64,000 nt of DNA from Paraspadella gotoi. Its lineage: Eukaryota; Animalia; Chaetognatha. Shown piece after piece: positions 1 through 13,500 of the stretch. The notes under the pieces were generated by a model. It saw nothing but the letters and a program-made list of their open reading frames with translations, made no database searches and was not told the DNA's origin. A program made the position numbers and the translations under genes. The stretch covers positions 12,717,770-12,781,769 of the forward strand of contig CM119268.1 in NCBI GenBank assembly GCA_051294375.1, read 5' to 3'. The first letter of the stretch is position 1. Each line of letters begins with the position of its first letter.

Positions 1-354
1 GCCTTTCACCGCGCGTCCATGCGCACACGTGAGAAACGCGAAACGATAAACGAGTCCTCGGTATAAAATCAACAAAAGAACACAGTCTCTGTTCATCTGC
101 CTATAAAAAAAATTTTAAAAAACACACAAATGAACAACGCGATCGAAAATCGCCGTCAAAACAAAAGAGAAAGATTCCTGGGGCGGCCGCGAAAGGGTCA
201 GACTAAAGCGGCGGCGGCTGCGGCGGACAATGAGCGAGTCGAAATGTCGTCTACGACTAACGACAACAGATTCGATTACGACGACGAAATTTGGTTTCAA
301 ATCGAAAAGCGGGAGATGAGGTCTATGAGGGAATACGAAAAGCTCAAGCTCAAG

Positions 355-447
355 GTGAGGCTAAGGAGAACGAGGGGTGAGGCTGAAGGAGAACGAGGGG
401 TGAGGCTGAAGGAGAACGAGGGGTGAGGCTGAAGGAGAACTAAGGGT
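355..447. repeat. 23-bp minisatellite (gtgaggctgaaggagaacgaggg), ~4 copies; also at ~10455-10568 and ~18749-18862
   Basis: gtgagg recurs at 355, 377, 400 and 423. Confidence 0.9.
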
Positions 448-1153
448 TAGTGAGGCCAAAGTATGACGAGTTTTGTAGAAGATTTTGATCTCAGGAGAGA
501 AAAAAAAGCTGCTGGTTGAAGGATGAGGGAAGTTAAGATCGGGCAACTTACCCAGAGTTAAGAATTTGAGTTCTTTTAAAAGGCTGTGTAAAAAATAAGG
601 TGAGGTCATGAAAATAAGGTAAGGTAACAAAAAAGGGTGAGGTAAAGGAATGTAAAACTGTGAAGCCGAGGAAAAAAAGAGAAATATTGAATGGGAACCA
701 AAAAAAAGTTGCCTCGGGGAAAGTGGATAATAGAAACAAGAATGTACGGATTCTACGTACATGGTGAGGGGAAAAAGAGGAGAGATAATCTGTAATCTGA
801 AAAAGAGAGTTGAGGATCGTTGACTGTTTTCCGATTTAAGGTAAAGAGAGAGGGGGGGTTGGAGGGAACGAAAAAAAGAACAATATCGGTCCATCCAATG
901 TGTTGCGCCTCAGTGTCTTTCTTAGCTCGTATATTTATAACACGCACTGCATCGGAATTCTATCTTTTATTCTTTATTAGGATTTCCTGAAGGCGGCGCT
1001 CGCAGACACTTAGATTTGAGATTTTTTTCCTGTCTTAACAAATGAGCAACCAATTATAGGAGAGTGACGAGCATTTTTAACGTAAGTAGGACAGACGGAC
1101 AGACCTGCCGCCCGACCGACTGAACGACAGACCGACCAAAAAATAACTTTCAG

Positions 1154-2695
1154 AGTTCTTCCGCGAGTACTCGCGGCGCCACTAAAAAATAGGATAAGGA
1201 TGAAAAAAAAAAGAGAGGTGTCAGGGTGTTCGAGGAGAGGCGACTTTTCGAGAACCTTGACAGGAAGTCATCCAGAGTCAAGAGTTGAGGACAACCAGGT
1301 CGCTTCGTCCCCCCCCCAGGCAGGTTCAAGATATGGGGCAGACTCGATTTTCGAAGTCGAGGAGGGGGGGGAAATGAGGAGAGAGAAAAAAAATAAAGAA
1401 GAGAAAAAAAGGGAAAAAAAAAAATTCGTTTCTCTTCTCCGTCGGAACCGGAATGGAAGACTCTGTGAGGGGGGGGCGCGAGGGTGTGTTGAGGGGGGGT
1501 AACCGGATGGCAGTGGGAGGGAGAAGGTGTGGGGGCGGAATCTGGGGAGGAGAAGCGGGAGACCACAACGACAAAGAAACTCCAATTACGTTTGTGTAAT
1601 GAAGTGAGAGAGAGAGAGAGAAAGAGCGGGAGAGAGAGAGAGAGAGAGAAAACCATTTTTGTTTATTGGCTTTTGTTTTTTTGAAAAGGGGTCTTCTAAT
1701 ATTAGAAAGACGAAATTGAAAATAGGAGGGAAAAGCTGGTGAGAGAGAGACAAAAAGAGAGTGAGAAAAAAAGAAAAAGAAAGAAAGGAAGAAAGAGGAA
1801 ATAAAAGAATGAAGGAAAAAAAGAATGAGGAAATAAAAGAATGAGGAAATGAAATATACCGAAATACTAGTATATCTGATCTATTTTTTCCCAATATTAA
1901 ATTAAATTTAAAAAGCCCTACAAGATAGATTTATATTTTTTTAAAATTGAATGACGGTCTCTCGAAAAGATTTCGATTCAAACTGACAAGAAGAGCAGCT
2001 ATTAAGAGTGGAATGACCAGTGACCACTGCTACAGAAATTCTCTAAAGAAAGAAACGGATTTCGATATTTTTTCGTTTTTTGTTTGTTTTTTTTTTTGTT
2101 TGTTTTTTTTTTGGTTTTTTTTTTGTTTTATGCGAAATCAAAGGAAAGAAAAAAAGATTTATATTACTTATTTTATAAGTAGAATTATTGAAAAGGCTTT
2201 ATCTTTATTTAAGCTTAAAATTGTGTATTACGTAAATATTTTCTTCAATTCACCGTTTCCAATGAGCGAGATTTTGACTTTTTGGCCGAGATAAATACAA
2301 ACCGTCAAACGGTTAATAGAAACGTTCCTTGTTCATTTGTTTTTTTTTCTTCTGCCCAAATATTCGTCCGATCAGGATTTGGGAAACAGCAGCTGCGCCC
2401 TCGGAATATCGCCGCACATTGGGTCTCCGATTTCCGGAGTTCATGGTGGCGGAATGGGGACGCCTCTGCATCACCATCACTATCGGTAAGGAAATCAGGA
2501 TGGAGTTGGGAAGGGGGAAAGCTGTGGAAAGAGTTGGTCCCGGATCATCTTAATATTTATAAACGATATTCAATTGATTTAAAAACATTTTTATGACATT
2601 TTTCAGGCCTGTGCCACAGCGCGATTTCGATGACTGTGATTCAGAGAAAATGACTCACAGCATCACAGATTCGGAAAAAGAGAGTAAAAAAACAG
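1154..2695 (+). CDS. Candidate spliced coding exons of unknown product: 1154/1200..1298, 2376..2485, 2607..2695
   Basis: Acceptors tttcag/atcag/tttcag and donors gtcgct/gtaagg/gtgagc. The exons join in phase (0, 2) to give MKKKREVSGCSRRGDFSRTLTGSHPESRVEDNQ|DLGNSSCALGISPHIGSPISGVHGGGMGTPLHHHHY|RPVPQRDFDDCDSEKMTHSITDSEKESKKT. No family recognised. Copies near 11.3-12.8 kb and 19.6-21.1 kb carry indels. Confidence 0.5.
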
Positions 2696-4520
2696 GTGAG
2701 CATCGAGGATGTTTTCAAATTTATATTATAATCTTTCAGGCGTCAGCTTGTCCAGAATATCGCCTTTTCTCATTCATGAAACCATTCGATAAAGTATATA
2801 TTAAAAAATAACAAAAAAATTGTAAATAAAAATGTCATTGATAATTTGTCTTTTATAAAGAATCCGAATCGGATAAGGTGATATTTTTGTTGGGTTTTTT
2901 GTTGGTTTTTTTTTTTTTGTTTTTGTTTTTGTTTTCATTTGTGATATGAAAAATTGTGTTGAGTCTCGGGGCATTTTCTTCTTTTTTTTGGTTCCCAATG
3001 GAGATAAAAGTGAACTTTGCCCGTGAAGTCGAGAGACGCTCCAGGTTCACTTTTGCATTTATAAATGTTAATAAATATAAATAAAAACAACATAAAACTA
3101 TTTTTGACTGTTTTGCTTAAATTTTCCCCGTTTTTTCTTTTAATTGATTTTTTCGAATTTGTCAACTTATTTGGTTATTTGAATTCTTAATCTACTTTAT
3201 TATTCGTTTTTTTATTGTTTATCGATTTCTAAAAAAATACTAATATTTTCGACTATTTAAACGGATTGCTAAAGAAAAGGTTTTAAGTTTCTAAATCTAA
3301 TCAGGGATTTTCTTTCCTAACGAAAGAATAAAACTATTCTTTTACGATGAGAAAAAATATAAAATGTTTTCTGTTCATTAAAATCCAAAAAGTACGATTA
3401 GAAATCCGAGATATTTTTTTCTTTTTCATTTTCCTTCTCGAATATCCCCGCTTTCTGCCCCAAAAACGACTTTTTTTTTTCTCCCCCATATTTCTCTCTT
3501 CGTATGTAAATTGCTTTGCTTTTGTTTTTCACCAAAAAAAAAAAAGTGGGAGGCGACAGATGTTTATTCTGTGCGCCACTTTTTTTTCTCTCGTCCTGTA
3601 AAATCAAAACAAACGAATTCCTTTGCGACTCGGAATGTCGGGGAAATCCAGACAGACTGTATTTAAAATAGCGAAACTATCTTTCTCTATGGAAACGTTG
3701 AGATTGCCTGCGATACTTTAGCGGGCATTGCTTGCCCAGGTTTTACCCGCATGGAAATAATCCCGCTGGCTCATTGAACAAAGCCATCATTACATGAACG
3801 CTTGGTACCGGGTTTAAGCCCAACCCCTTGCCTATCCTTCGGGAAGCGTCAACCGTAAACCNNNNNNNNNNNNNNNNNNNNNNNNNCCGCCTTTGGGGCG
3901 TGAAAAACACCTCCAGCCGGTTCCCCGGAGGTTAAATAAGTGGCGGATAGTCATCTTCAGCCCACTTAGAGCCTAATCCACGCTGGCGTTCTCCTCGGAG
4001 TACTAAGACTAAGTTGATAGTTAACCTTTTTTCGCGCGTTTGGAAAAATATAAAGGGTAGATGGGCGCGAGGGAAGTCAAATGGTATTAAGAAGGAAAAT
4101 AAGAGAGAGAGGACCGATGAGGAGGATGACGATGAGAGAGAGAGAGAGAGAGAGAAGAGAAGAGAGAGAGAGAGAGAGAAGAGAGAGTGGGCGATTGAGA
4201 GAGAGAGAAAAAAAAATTCTGAGAACCGACGATTTTTTTTAATCAACTTGTTTTGTCAAAATGTTAAAGATTCAATTGTAAAATCTTTGAGCAACTTATT
4301 CTTTCCCTCTTGGACCACTACTTATTTGTCCCTAAAGCGAACCACCCTTTGATTACTTCTGGTTAACTTTCTCATCTTGCCCCTTCTCTCTAAAGCTCTA
4401 AACGTTGACCCTCCCTTTCATTATATAACTATGAAAATGTTTTCCCCCTCTCTTCTCTTATTGTCACGCTTGTCCATCTCCTTGTTCACGCATTTCCTCT
4501 CACTAAACCTCTCTCTCTCA

Positions 4521-4558
<38 letters not shown>

Positions 4559-5777
4559 CTCTGCTCTCTCTCTTCTTCGTTCGTCATTAACAACACCAAC
4601 TACTCTCGATTTACAAGCGAAAATAAATTCTTCATGTAAAGGTATCGTTTATTTATGTCCGGTCGGAAATCAGGATTTTTTTTTTTTTTCCTCTTCCGCT
4701 CAATCGTCTTCGCCTGAGAAATTTCTCGAATCTTTACTCATCCGGGCTCCAACCGCAGATTGTGCCGCGGCGAAGGAGGTAGGTGTTCTTCATTCTTCAA
4801 TCTCCATTTGCAGTATGCAGTTGCGTCATTTACGGAGTATAATTGCACTTAGTATTTTGTTTGTCGGAGTATAGTTATCATAAGAGGTCTTGTTATTCGT
4901 GTGTTGATACTTTTGATGAGAATTTGAGAGATGATCAGAGGAGAGTAAGTTTTTGTAGAGACAGGACGAGTCAGGAGACAAAGAATTCACCGCATTGATG
5001 AACAGTCGAGAACCCAGAGATTTGTCCATAGAGGAGAATTGGAAGAGAGAGAGAGAGATCGCCCTACCCACCTTGCGGACCTCTAGGTCTTTTTTTTTGT
5101 TCTTTTTCGTTTCTTTCATTTTTCTTCTTTTTTTTTTTCTTTATGAGGAGGGTTGGAAATCGAAACGACTCCCCGAGAGACAAAAGCATACTTTAGCTAG
5201 GGAAAACTACTCGCTGAACTCGTATGTTACGACCTTACGTATCTTTTAGTCATTATTGAAACACGAGATTTACAATCTTTATTTTCATCCACCGCTCAAC
5301 TGTATTATTACAGGTAATAATTCGTCTTGCTCTGTAGTCTTTACATTTTTTTAAACTACTGTTAATTAACTGCTAATTCTAACGGTAATTGTGTAAGCGT
5401 CGACCGACTGTCGGCGCAGAGAATTGATCTTACTTCGTACAACCTCTTACAATTAACGATTGAATCTACGTATTCACTATTTTCCTTCTTCCCGATTTCT
5501 ATCTCCCCCTTTTTTTTATTTTCCTTCTTTTCTCCCGCCCCATTCCCACTTTTTTGTCGTTCCCTTCCACCAGTCCACAACTCTGCCATTGTTGTCCACC
5601 CACTCTAACCCCCCCTCTCCACATTCCCCCCTTCTTCACCCCCTTCCAGAGAATCCGCCCCTTGCTCTTCAACGGATTCCTCTGCAAACCGTATCTCACC
5701 GTCGTTCCATCCCATCTTTCCTCGTCCTTCTTTGCGGTCAGCGTCATCGTCGCCCCATGGTGACGCTCTACTTTCAG

Positions 5778-5928
5778 AGGGCTGCGTGGCAACGGGTTTC
5801 GCGGAGGAGAGGTTGGGGCGGCGGCGGAGACTGAGAGCGGAGGGTGGGGCGGAAACGGAGGCGGGAGAGCTCGGTTGGTTGGCGGCAGATCGGAAGCGGC
5901 GGCCCCCGCCGAAGCGGGAAAAACTAAG
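5778..5928 (+). CDS. Candidate Gly/Ala/Glu-rich exon following the 2607..2695 exon
   Basis: ctttcag acceptor with a phase-1 start compatible with the previous exon. The copy at ~15.5 kb reads EGCVGNGFRGGGVGAAAETGAEVGAEAGGGEVGLVARSEGGGAEGETK and ends in aag|gtgagt (15639), but the copies disagree by indels. Confidence 0.3.
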
Positions 5929-7526
5929 GTGGAGAAGGTCGTTGTTGTCGTTGTTGTTCGTTATCCTTTTTATCGTCTTTCGTCGTCGAGGTTGTTTTTA
6001 TCGTCGTCGTCGTCTTCGTGTCCCATCGAGTTGCTCGTAATGGTGGTCGAACGACTCTCATTGCAGATTCGTCAACCTCCCTTCCCCCCCCTCTACTCCC
6101 CCCCTCTTATTTTCGAATTCGCCAAGAAGTTCAGCGAATAAAAACGAGACATATTGAAGTCGGGCGACCGCGGTGGGTTAGACGACCCGGTTTTAAAGCT
6201 GGAGCGATGCTATGACTCTTACCAAGTCTTCCAATATCTTCGGGTGTGTGTCGTCTCGTTCATCGTCGTTGTCGTCTTCCTCATCTTCGACGTTCTCGTT
6301 CGTTCGCTTGCACCTTTGATATCCCTCCCTCTATTTTCATCACTTGAGCCATCGCTGTCGCGGTCGTCGTCGGTCGTCGTCGTCCGTCTTCTCGTCGTCG
6401 TCTCTCGTCGTGTCTTCTCATTTAGAATAAACGTAGACTTTCTTATCTCAAGGCTCCGTGTATTCCTCTTCCCGTTCGCTTGTGCAGTTATTACTCATCC
6501 CCGGTTGTTTATTGGTTATCGGCTGGTTATTTAATCGGTTGAAAAGTGAAATCGTCGATCCGTGTTTCTTTTGAAAAAAAAGTAAAGAAGGGCCTCTATA
6601 AATTAATGTATTGGATTATAATTGGAAATTTGCCGTTACGAACAAAGTCTTTTTAACCTTCGTATATTGAGATCATGCTTCATCTTGTCAAATTTTCGTT
6701 TATGAAAACTGACTTTTGTATTTATTGTTTTATTCCTGTTTTATTCCGATTTCTTCTTTTCTTTTTCTTTTTCCTCTCTTTTTCTGTCTTTCATTTCTCG
6801 GCCTCCATCCTCCCTTTCTTCTTTCTTCTTGATCTGACCGTTCCCTCCAATTGCACGAGTCACTGGCCACAATATGGTCATAAATATGGTTCAGAGTGAA
6901 AAGGAGATAAAGAGAGAAAGTCGGCGAACCGTAATTTTTTCTGTCTTCCCCTGTTCTTCAAATGGGTTCAACATCTAAAGTCAGAGGTGAAGAAAAATTT
7001 AACAAATTAGTAAATTTATATTTCAAACTGTAAAGCGAAAAACTGTGACGGCCGGATTTTTTTTTCAAACTTTTAATGTATCAATAGTAATACGTATTCA
7101 AAAATCTTCTCGTGAATTTTCCAAGTCTCTTTTCCTTCACTTATGAAGACTTGGCACGTGTCCAGGTGTGTACTACAAGATGATCTTTCACACTTCCTTT
7201 TAAGTGTGATCTTTTCTTAATTTTTTTTTTTTTTTCTCTCTCTCGTTCGTTCGTTCTCACCATCTCTCGATTTCGCGAATAAAATCTTCATGTAGGTTTT
7301 TATGTCGGGGAAAAGATTTTTTTTTCCTCTCCGCTCAACTTCTTCGCCGAGAAATTTTCGAATCTTTATCATCGGGCTCCAACGCGATGTGGCCGCGGCG
7401 AAGGAGGGGGTGTTCTTCATTCTTCAATCTCATTTGCATAATGCAGTTGCGTCATTAATCACCGAGTTATAAAATCTGCGGGAAGAGAGAGAGAAAGAGA
7501 GNNNNNNNNNNNNNNNNNNNNNNNNN

Positions 7527-10500
7527 ATCAAGAAACGAGACGGTGGAGATCGAAACGAGAATTTTTTCTGGCGAAAAAAAAATATTAAAAAAATAATGGA
7601 ATTCGTCTTTTCTAGAACGAAGGGAAATTAGGAAGGGAAACGGGGAAGACGAAATGTCTGAGCCTCTGATACGAAAACGATTGACGGGAAAGATTCCAGA
7701 TTCTTAGAAGCTGGAGTTGGGGGGGGGGAAAGGAGGCGGAGAGGGGGTGTGGCTGGTTCAGTTGTTTGGCATCCAAGCTGTTAGTGAATTTTCTGAGCGA
7801 ATCAGTTATCGTCATTATTTTCGCTTTTTCTAAATTTCTAACTATTTCCTATCCTTTTCTTATGGAAAGTAAAAACCTGGGATCCAGTAAAAAGTCCTAT
7901 TCACATTAGTTCTGTACTCCACAACAAATCACTTTTATCGCAAAAACAAATTATCGTGCTTCGATCGATTTTTTTTTTTTCGTTCATTCGAAAAAAAAAT
8001 GCGGGTAGAAAAAAAAATCGTGAAAATTAAAAGTGAATGTTAAGCAAATGAACCAAAACGTGGCCATTAATAAGGGAGCGCGCGAAATCCGTAAATGAAC
8101 GGGGGAACGGACCGCGTCACGTCAATGGCTCCCATTAAATTGGCCCCACGTCAACGCCTCCAATGACGCGGGAGAATCCATCGAGTATTGATTGACGTTA
8201 AAAAAAATAAATTCAATCAATAGCTAAACGAGGAGTTGATGTTTTGACTCAGAACGGGCGAGGATAAATTTCTTACTTTTTTTTTCCTATGTATATAACT
8301 TCGACAAAAATTATTCGACGGCAGGAAAAAAAAGAAAAAAATTGATAAGAAACTGGAGCCTTCGCTCCATCGAAGACATGGGGCGGAAAGAGAGCGATAG
8401 AGAAGGAAATAGCTGAGGGGGGCGGAAGAGTTTGACTTTTAAAATGAAATGTCAAAGCCGTTCCTGTTTTTCCAACCGAACTCCTATTTTGCTTTATTTC
8501 TCTCGCTTTTATCGTCGCACGCATCTCTCTCTTCTCTTCTCTCTTCTCTCTCTCTCTCTCGTTGCTTCCAGATGTTTTACCTTTGATGTTTTTTTAAAAA
8601 TTCTTTCGTGGTTATTATTCGCTTCGCTTCCTCCGCCTCCCCCCCCCCCCGCTTTTTGTGCTTCTCGTCAACATGTGTTCGTCTGTTATTTATGAGATTC
8701 ACAAATTGGAGCGAAGAACAAAGATGTGCCCCACGAGAGACAAAAAAAAAAAAGTTTGGGACGTTTAAGACCACCGAGGACGATGGTGCCGGGGAAAGGA
8801 GATAACGGGCGGAGATAACGGAAAGCGAAAGAGAATGAAATCTCGTTTTTAGGACTTTCTGTTTCAGTTTGGCAAATGTTGACGTTGCCCGTTACATTCT
8901 AATATCATGTTGCGAGGAGTAGGTCGACTGGCTATTTGTATTTGTATTTGATTAAGGAAGGAACTTTTGAAGCAACCAAGAATGAGATTGAGTTCATCAA
9001 TCTCATTTGCATATTGTCGTGTTGACATTGATTTGTCCTAAATTCTTTCCTGGTGTCATTTCATGGTCTCATTTCACTTTGTCAAAGTGTAGCAATTGCT
9101 GATAATTATTATTAATTGTTGTTCAACAAGTAAGTTAATTGCCATATTTAATTAGGAATACTACTAGAGCTAAGTATACTGTTATTTTAGGACCATTTTA
9201 GCTCCCTTACAGACAAAAAACCAGGACTTTGCACAAAATTTCTTTTCTTTTCGCGATTATTCGTCTCAATTTCTTCATCCGATTCTCGTCTCTCTGTAAC
9301 TCTTCTCGACAAAAAAAATTTAAGTGACGCCCTCAAGTTAAGTGAGGGCGACTCAACCAGCTGGCCGGAATAGCGAACTTGGAAGAGCTTGGGTTCATAA
9401 GATCGAATTATACGAAGTGAGAGGATTCCATGATGATTTTCAAAAAAAAAAAAACAATCGGATAACGATTACTAATCGATTTAATTGTAATGGTAATCTC
9501 GTGCCGTCAACCGTTATAACTCCATTTCCTATTGTTTTATTTCAATTTTTAATCATTTTCCTCCCATCAATTATTTTCTTTTATTTATTTTTCACTGTCA
9601 TGATAAAAAAAAACACAGTTTATAATTATTCTCAATTCTCGGAAATTTCTAGCACGATTTCAGTTGAAAAAAATCAATTTAATAAAACTCCTCGGAATAA
9701 AAAATAAAGGAGAACAACTCCCTTTTTCTCTCCCTCTCTCATGAGACAATATCTCGCTCTCTCTCCGCTTTCTTTGTCTCTCACTCACTCTCTCTCGCTC
9801 TCTCTTGGTCTCTCTCTTCTCTATCTCGCCGCGACGCGAGAAGATTAAAGATTAAAATGAAAAAGTGATCCTTTGAAAGCGAAGGAAAAATCATCAGGCC
9901 GACGGATTCCCATCAACATTGGCGGACGACGAGTACGACGGCGACGACGACGGCGACGACGACATCCTCGACAACAACTTCCGCTTCGCCCGCCAGATGA
10001 CCACTAAACACGCGAGACAGAGAGCGCGGCATTAGAGACAGTGACGAAGAATCCGTTCCACTCCCCCCCCCCTCCCGTCCCCTCATTTTCACGCTCCCTT
10101 CGCGCCTTTCACCGCGCGTTCCATGCGCACACGTGAGAAAACGCGAAACGATAAACGAGTCCTCGGTATAAAAATCACAAAGAACACAGTCTCTGTTATC
10201 TGGCCTATAAAAAAAAATTTTTAAAAACACACCAAATGAACAACGCGACGAAAATCGCCGTCCCAAAACAAAGGAGAAAGTTCTGGGGCGGCCGCGAAAG
10301 GGTCAGACTAAGCGGCGGCGGCTGCGGCGACAATGAGCGAGTCGAAATGTCGTCTACGACTAACGACAACAGATTCGATACGACGACGAAATTTGGTTTC
10401 AAATCGAAAAGCGGGAGATGAGGTCTATGAGGATTACGAAAACTCAAGCTCAAGGTGAGGCTGAAGGAGAACGAGGGGTGAGGCTGAAGGAGACCGAGGG

Positions 10501-13500
10501 GTGAGACTGAAGGAGAACGAGGGTGAGGCTGAAGTAGAACGAGGGTGAGGCTGAAGGAGAACTAGGGTAGTGAGGCCAAAGTATGACGAGTTTGTAGAAG
10601 ATTTTGATCTCAGGAGAGAAAAAAAGCTGCTGTTGAAGGATGAGGAAGTTAAGATCGGGCAACTACCAGAGTTAAGACTTTGAGTTCTTTTAAAAGGCTG
10701 TGTAAAAAATAAGGTGAGGTCATGAAAATAAGGTAAGGTAACAAAAAAGGGTGAGTAAAGAATGTAAAACGTGAAGCCGAGGAAAAAAAAAAGAGAAATA
10801 TTGAATGGGAACCAAAAAAAAGTTGCCTCGGGGAAATGGAATAATAGAAACAAGAATGTACGGATTCTACGTACATGTGAGGGGAAAAAGAGGAGAGATA
10901 ATCTGTAATCTGAAAAAGAGAGTTGAGGGATCGTTGACTGTTTTCCGATTTTAAGGTAGAGAGAGGGGGTTGGAGGGAAACGAAAAAAAAGACAATTATC
11001 GGTCATCAATGTGTGCGCCTCAGTGTCTTCTTAGCTCGTATATTTATAACACGCACTGATCGGAATTCTATCTTTTATTCTTATATTAGGATTTCCTGAA
11101 GGCGGCGCTCGCAGACACTTAGATTTGAGATTTTTTTCCTGTCTTAACAAATGAGCACCAATTATAGGAGAGTGACGAGCCTTTTTAACGTAAGTAGGAC
11201 AGACGGACAGACCTGCCGCCCGACCGACTGAACGACAGACCGACCAAAAAATAACTTTCAGAGTTCTTCCGCGAGTACTCGCGGCGCCACTAAAAAATAG
11301 GATAAGGATGAAAAAAAAAAGAGAGGTGTCAGGAGTGTTCGAGGAGAGGCGACTTTTCGAGAACCTTGACAGGAAGTCATCCAGAGTCAAAGAGTTGAGG
11401 ACAACCAGGTCGCTTCGTCCCCCCCCCCCAGCAGGTTCAAGATATGGGGCAGACTCGATTTTCGAAGTCGAGGAGGGGGGGGGAAATGAGGAGAGAGAAA
11501 AAAAATAAAGAAGAGAAAAAAAGGGAAAAAAAAAAATTCGTTTCTCTTCTCCGTCGGAACCGGAATGGAAAGACTCTGTGAGGGGGGGGCGCGAGGGTGT
11601 GTTGAGGGGGGGTACCGAGGCAGTGGGAGGGAGAAGGTGTGGGGGCGGAATCTGGGGAGGAGAAGCGGGAGACCACAACGAAAAGAAACTCCAATTAACG
11701 TTTGTGTAATGAAGTGAGAGAGAGAGAGAGAAAGAGCGGGAGAGAGAGAGAGAAGAGAAAACCATTTTTTGTTTATTGCTTTGTTTTTTTGAAAAGGGGT
11801 CTTCTAATATTAGAAAGACGAATTGAAAATAGGAGGGAAAAGCTGGTGAGAGAGAGACAAAAAGAGTGAGAAAAAAAAGAAAGAAAAAAGGAAGAAAGAG
11901 GAAATAAAAGAATGAAGGGAAAAAAAGAATGAGGAAATAAAAGAATGAGGAAATTGAAATATACGAAATACTATATATTCTGATCTATTTTTTTTCCCCA
12001 ATATTAAATTAAATTAAAAAGCCCACAAGATAGATTTATATTTTTTTAAATGAATGACGGTCTCTCGAAAAATTTCGATTCAACTGACAAGAAGAGCAGC
12101 TATTAAGAGTGGAATGACCAGTGACCATGCTACAGAAATTCTCTAAGAAAGAACGGATTTCGATATTTTTTCGTTTTTGTTGTTTTTTTTTTTTTGTTTG
12201 TTTTTTTTTTGGTTTTTTTTTTGTTTTATGGCGAATCAAAGGAAAGAAAAAAGATTTATATTACTTATTATAAGTAGAATTATTGAAAAGGCTTTTCTTA
12301 TTTAAGCTTAAAATAGTGTATTACGTAAATATTTTCTTCAATTCACCGTTTCCAATGAGCCGAGATTTTGTCTTTTTGCGAATAAATACAAACCGTCAAA
12401 ACGGTTAATAGAAACGTTCCTGTTCATTTGTTTTTTTTTCTTCTGCCCAAATATTCGTCGATCAGGATTTGGGAAACAGCAGCTGCGCCCTCGGAATATC
12501 GCCGCACATTGGGTCTCCGATTTCCGGAGTTCATGGTGGCGATGGGACGCCTCTGCATCACCATCACTATCGGTAAGGAAATCAGGATGGAGTTGGAAGG
12601 GGAAAGCTGTGGAAAGAGTTGGTCCCGGATCATCTTAATATTTATAAACGATATTCAATTGATTAAAAACATTTTTATGACATTTTTCAGGCTGTGCACA
12701 GCGCGATTCGATGACTGTGATTCAGAGAAAATGACTCACAGCATCACAGATCGGAAAAAGAGAGTAAAAAAACAGGTGCAGCATCGAGATGTTTTCAATT
12801 TATATATATCTTTCGGGGTCAGCTTGTCCAGAATATCGCCTTTCTCATTCATGAAACCATTCGATAAAGATATATTAAAAAATAACAAAAAAATTGTAAA
12901 TAAAAAATGTCATTGATAATTTGTCTTTTATAAAGAATCCGAATCGATAAGGTGATATTTTTGTTGGTTTTTTGTTGGTTTTTTTTTTTTTTTGTTTTTG
13001 TTTTGTTTTCATTTGTGATATGAAAAATTGTGTTGAGTCTCGGGCATTTTCTCTTTTTTTTTGGTTCCCAATGGAGATAAAGTGAACTTTGCCGGAAGTC
13101 GAGAGACGCTCCAGGTTCACTTTTGCATTTTAAATGTTAATAAATATAAATAAAAACAACATAAAACTATTTTTGACTGTTTTGCTTAAATTTTCCCCGT
13201 TTTTTCTTTTAATTGATTTTTTCGAATTGTCAACTTATTGGTTATTGAATTCTTAATCTACTTTATTATTCGTTTTTTATTGTTATCGATTTCTAAAAAA
13301 TACTAATATTTTCGACTATTATAACGGATTGCTAAAGAAAAGGTTTTAAGTTCTAAATCTAATCAGGTGATTTTCTTTCCTAACGAAAGAATAAACATTC
13401 TTTTACGATGAGAAAAATATAAAATGTTTTCTGTCATTAAAATCCAAAAAGTACGATTAGAAATCCGAGATTTTTTTCTTTTCATTTTCCTTTTCTGAAT

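Larger units (their letters stand above)
1..7235 (+). repeat. Block copy A; 6899-7235 also duplicates 25519-25855
   Basis: Direct sequence comparison: gcctttcaccgcgcg at 1, 10104 and 18398; aaaaggagataaagagag at 6899 and 25519. Confidence 0.9.

Noticed and set aside
4830-5040. ~200-bp insertion unique to copy A
   Set aside because: It replaces a short stretch in the other copies and sits in an indel-rich zone, consistent with a low-quality raw read segment.
6154-6534. Hydrophobic RVCVVSFIVVVVFLIF as the aminopeptidase TM anchor
   Set aside because: The Val richness comes from (GTC)n repeats, and no supported in-phase splice path was found.
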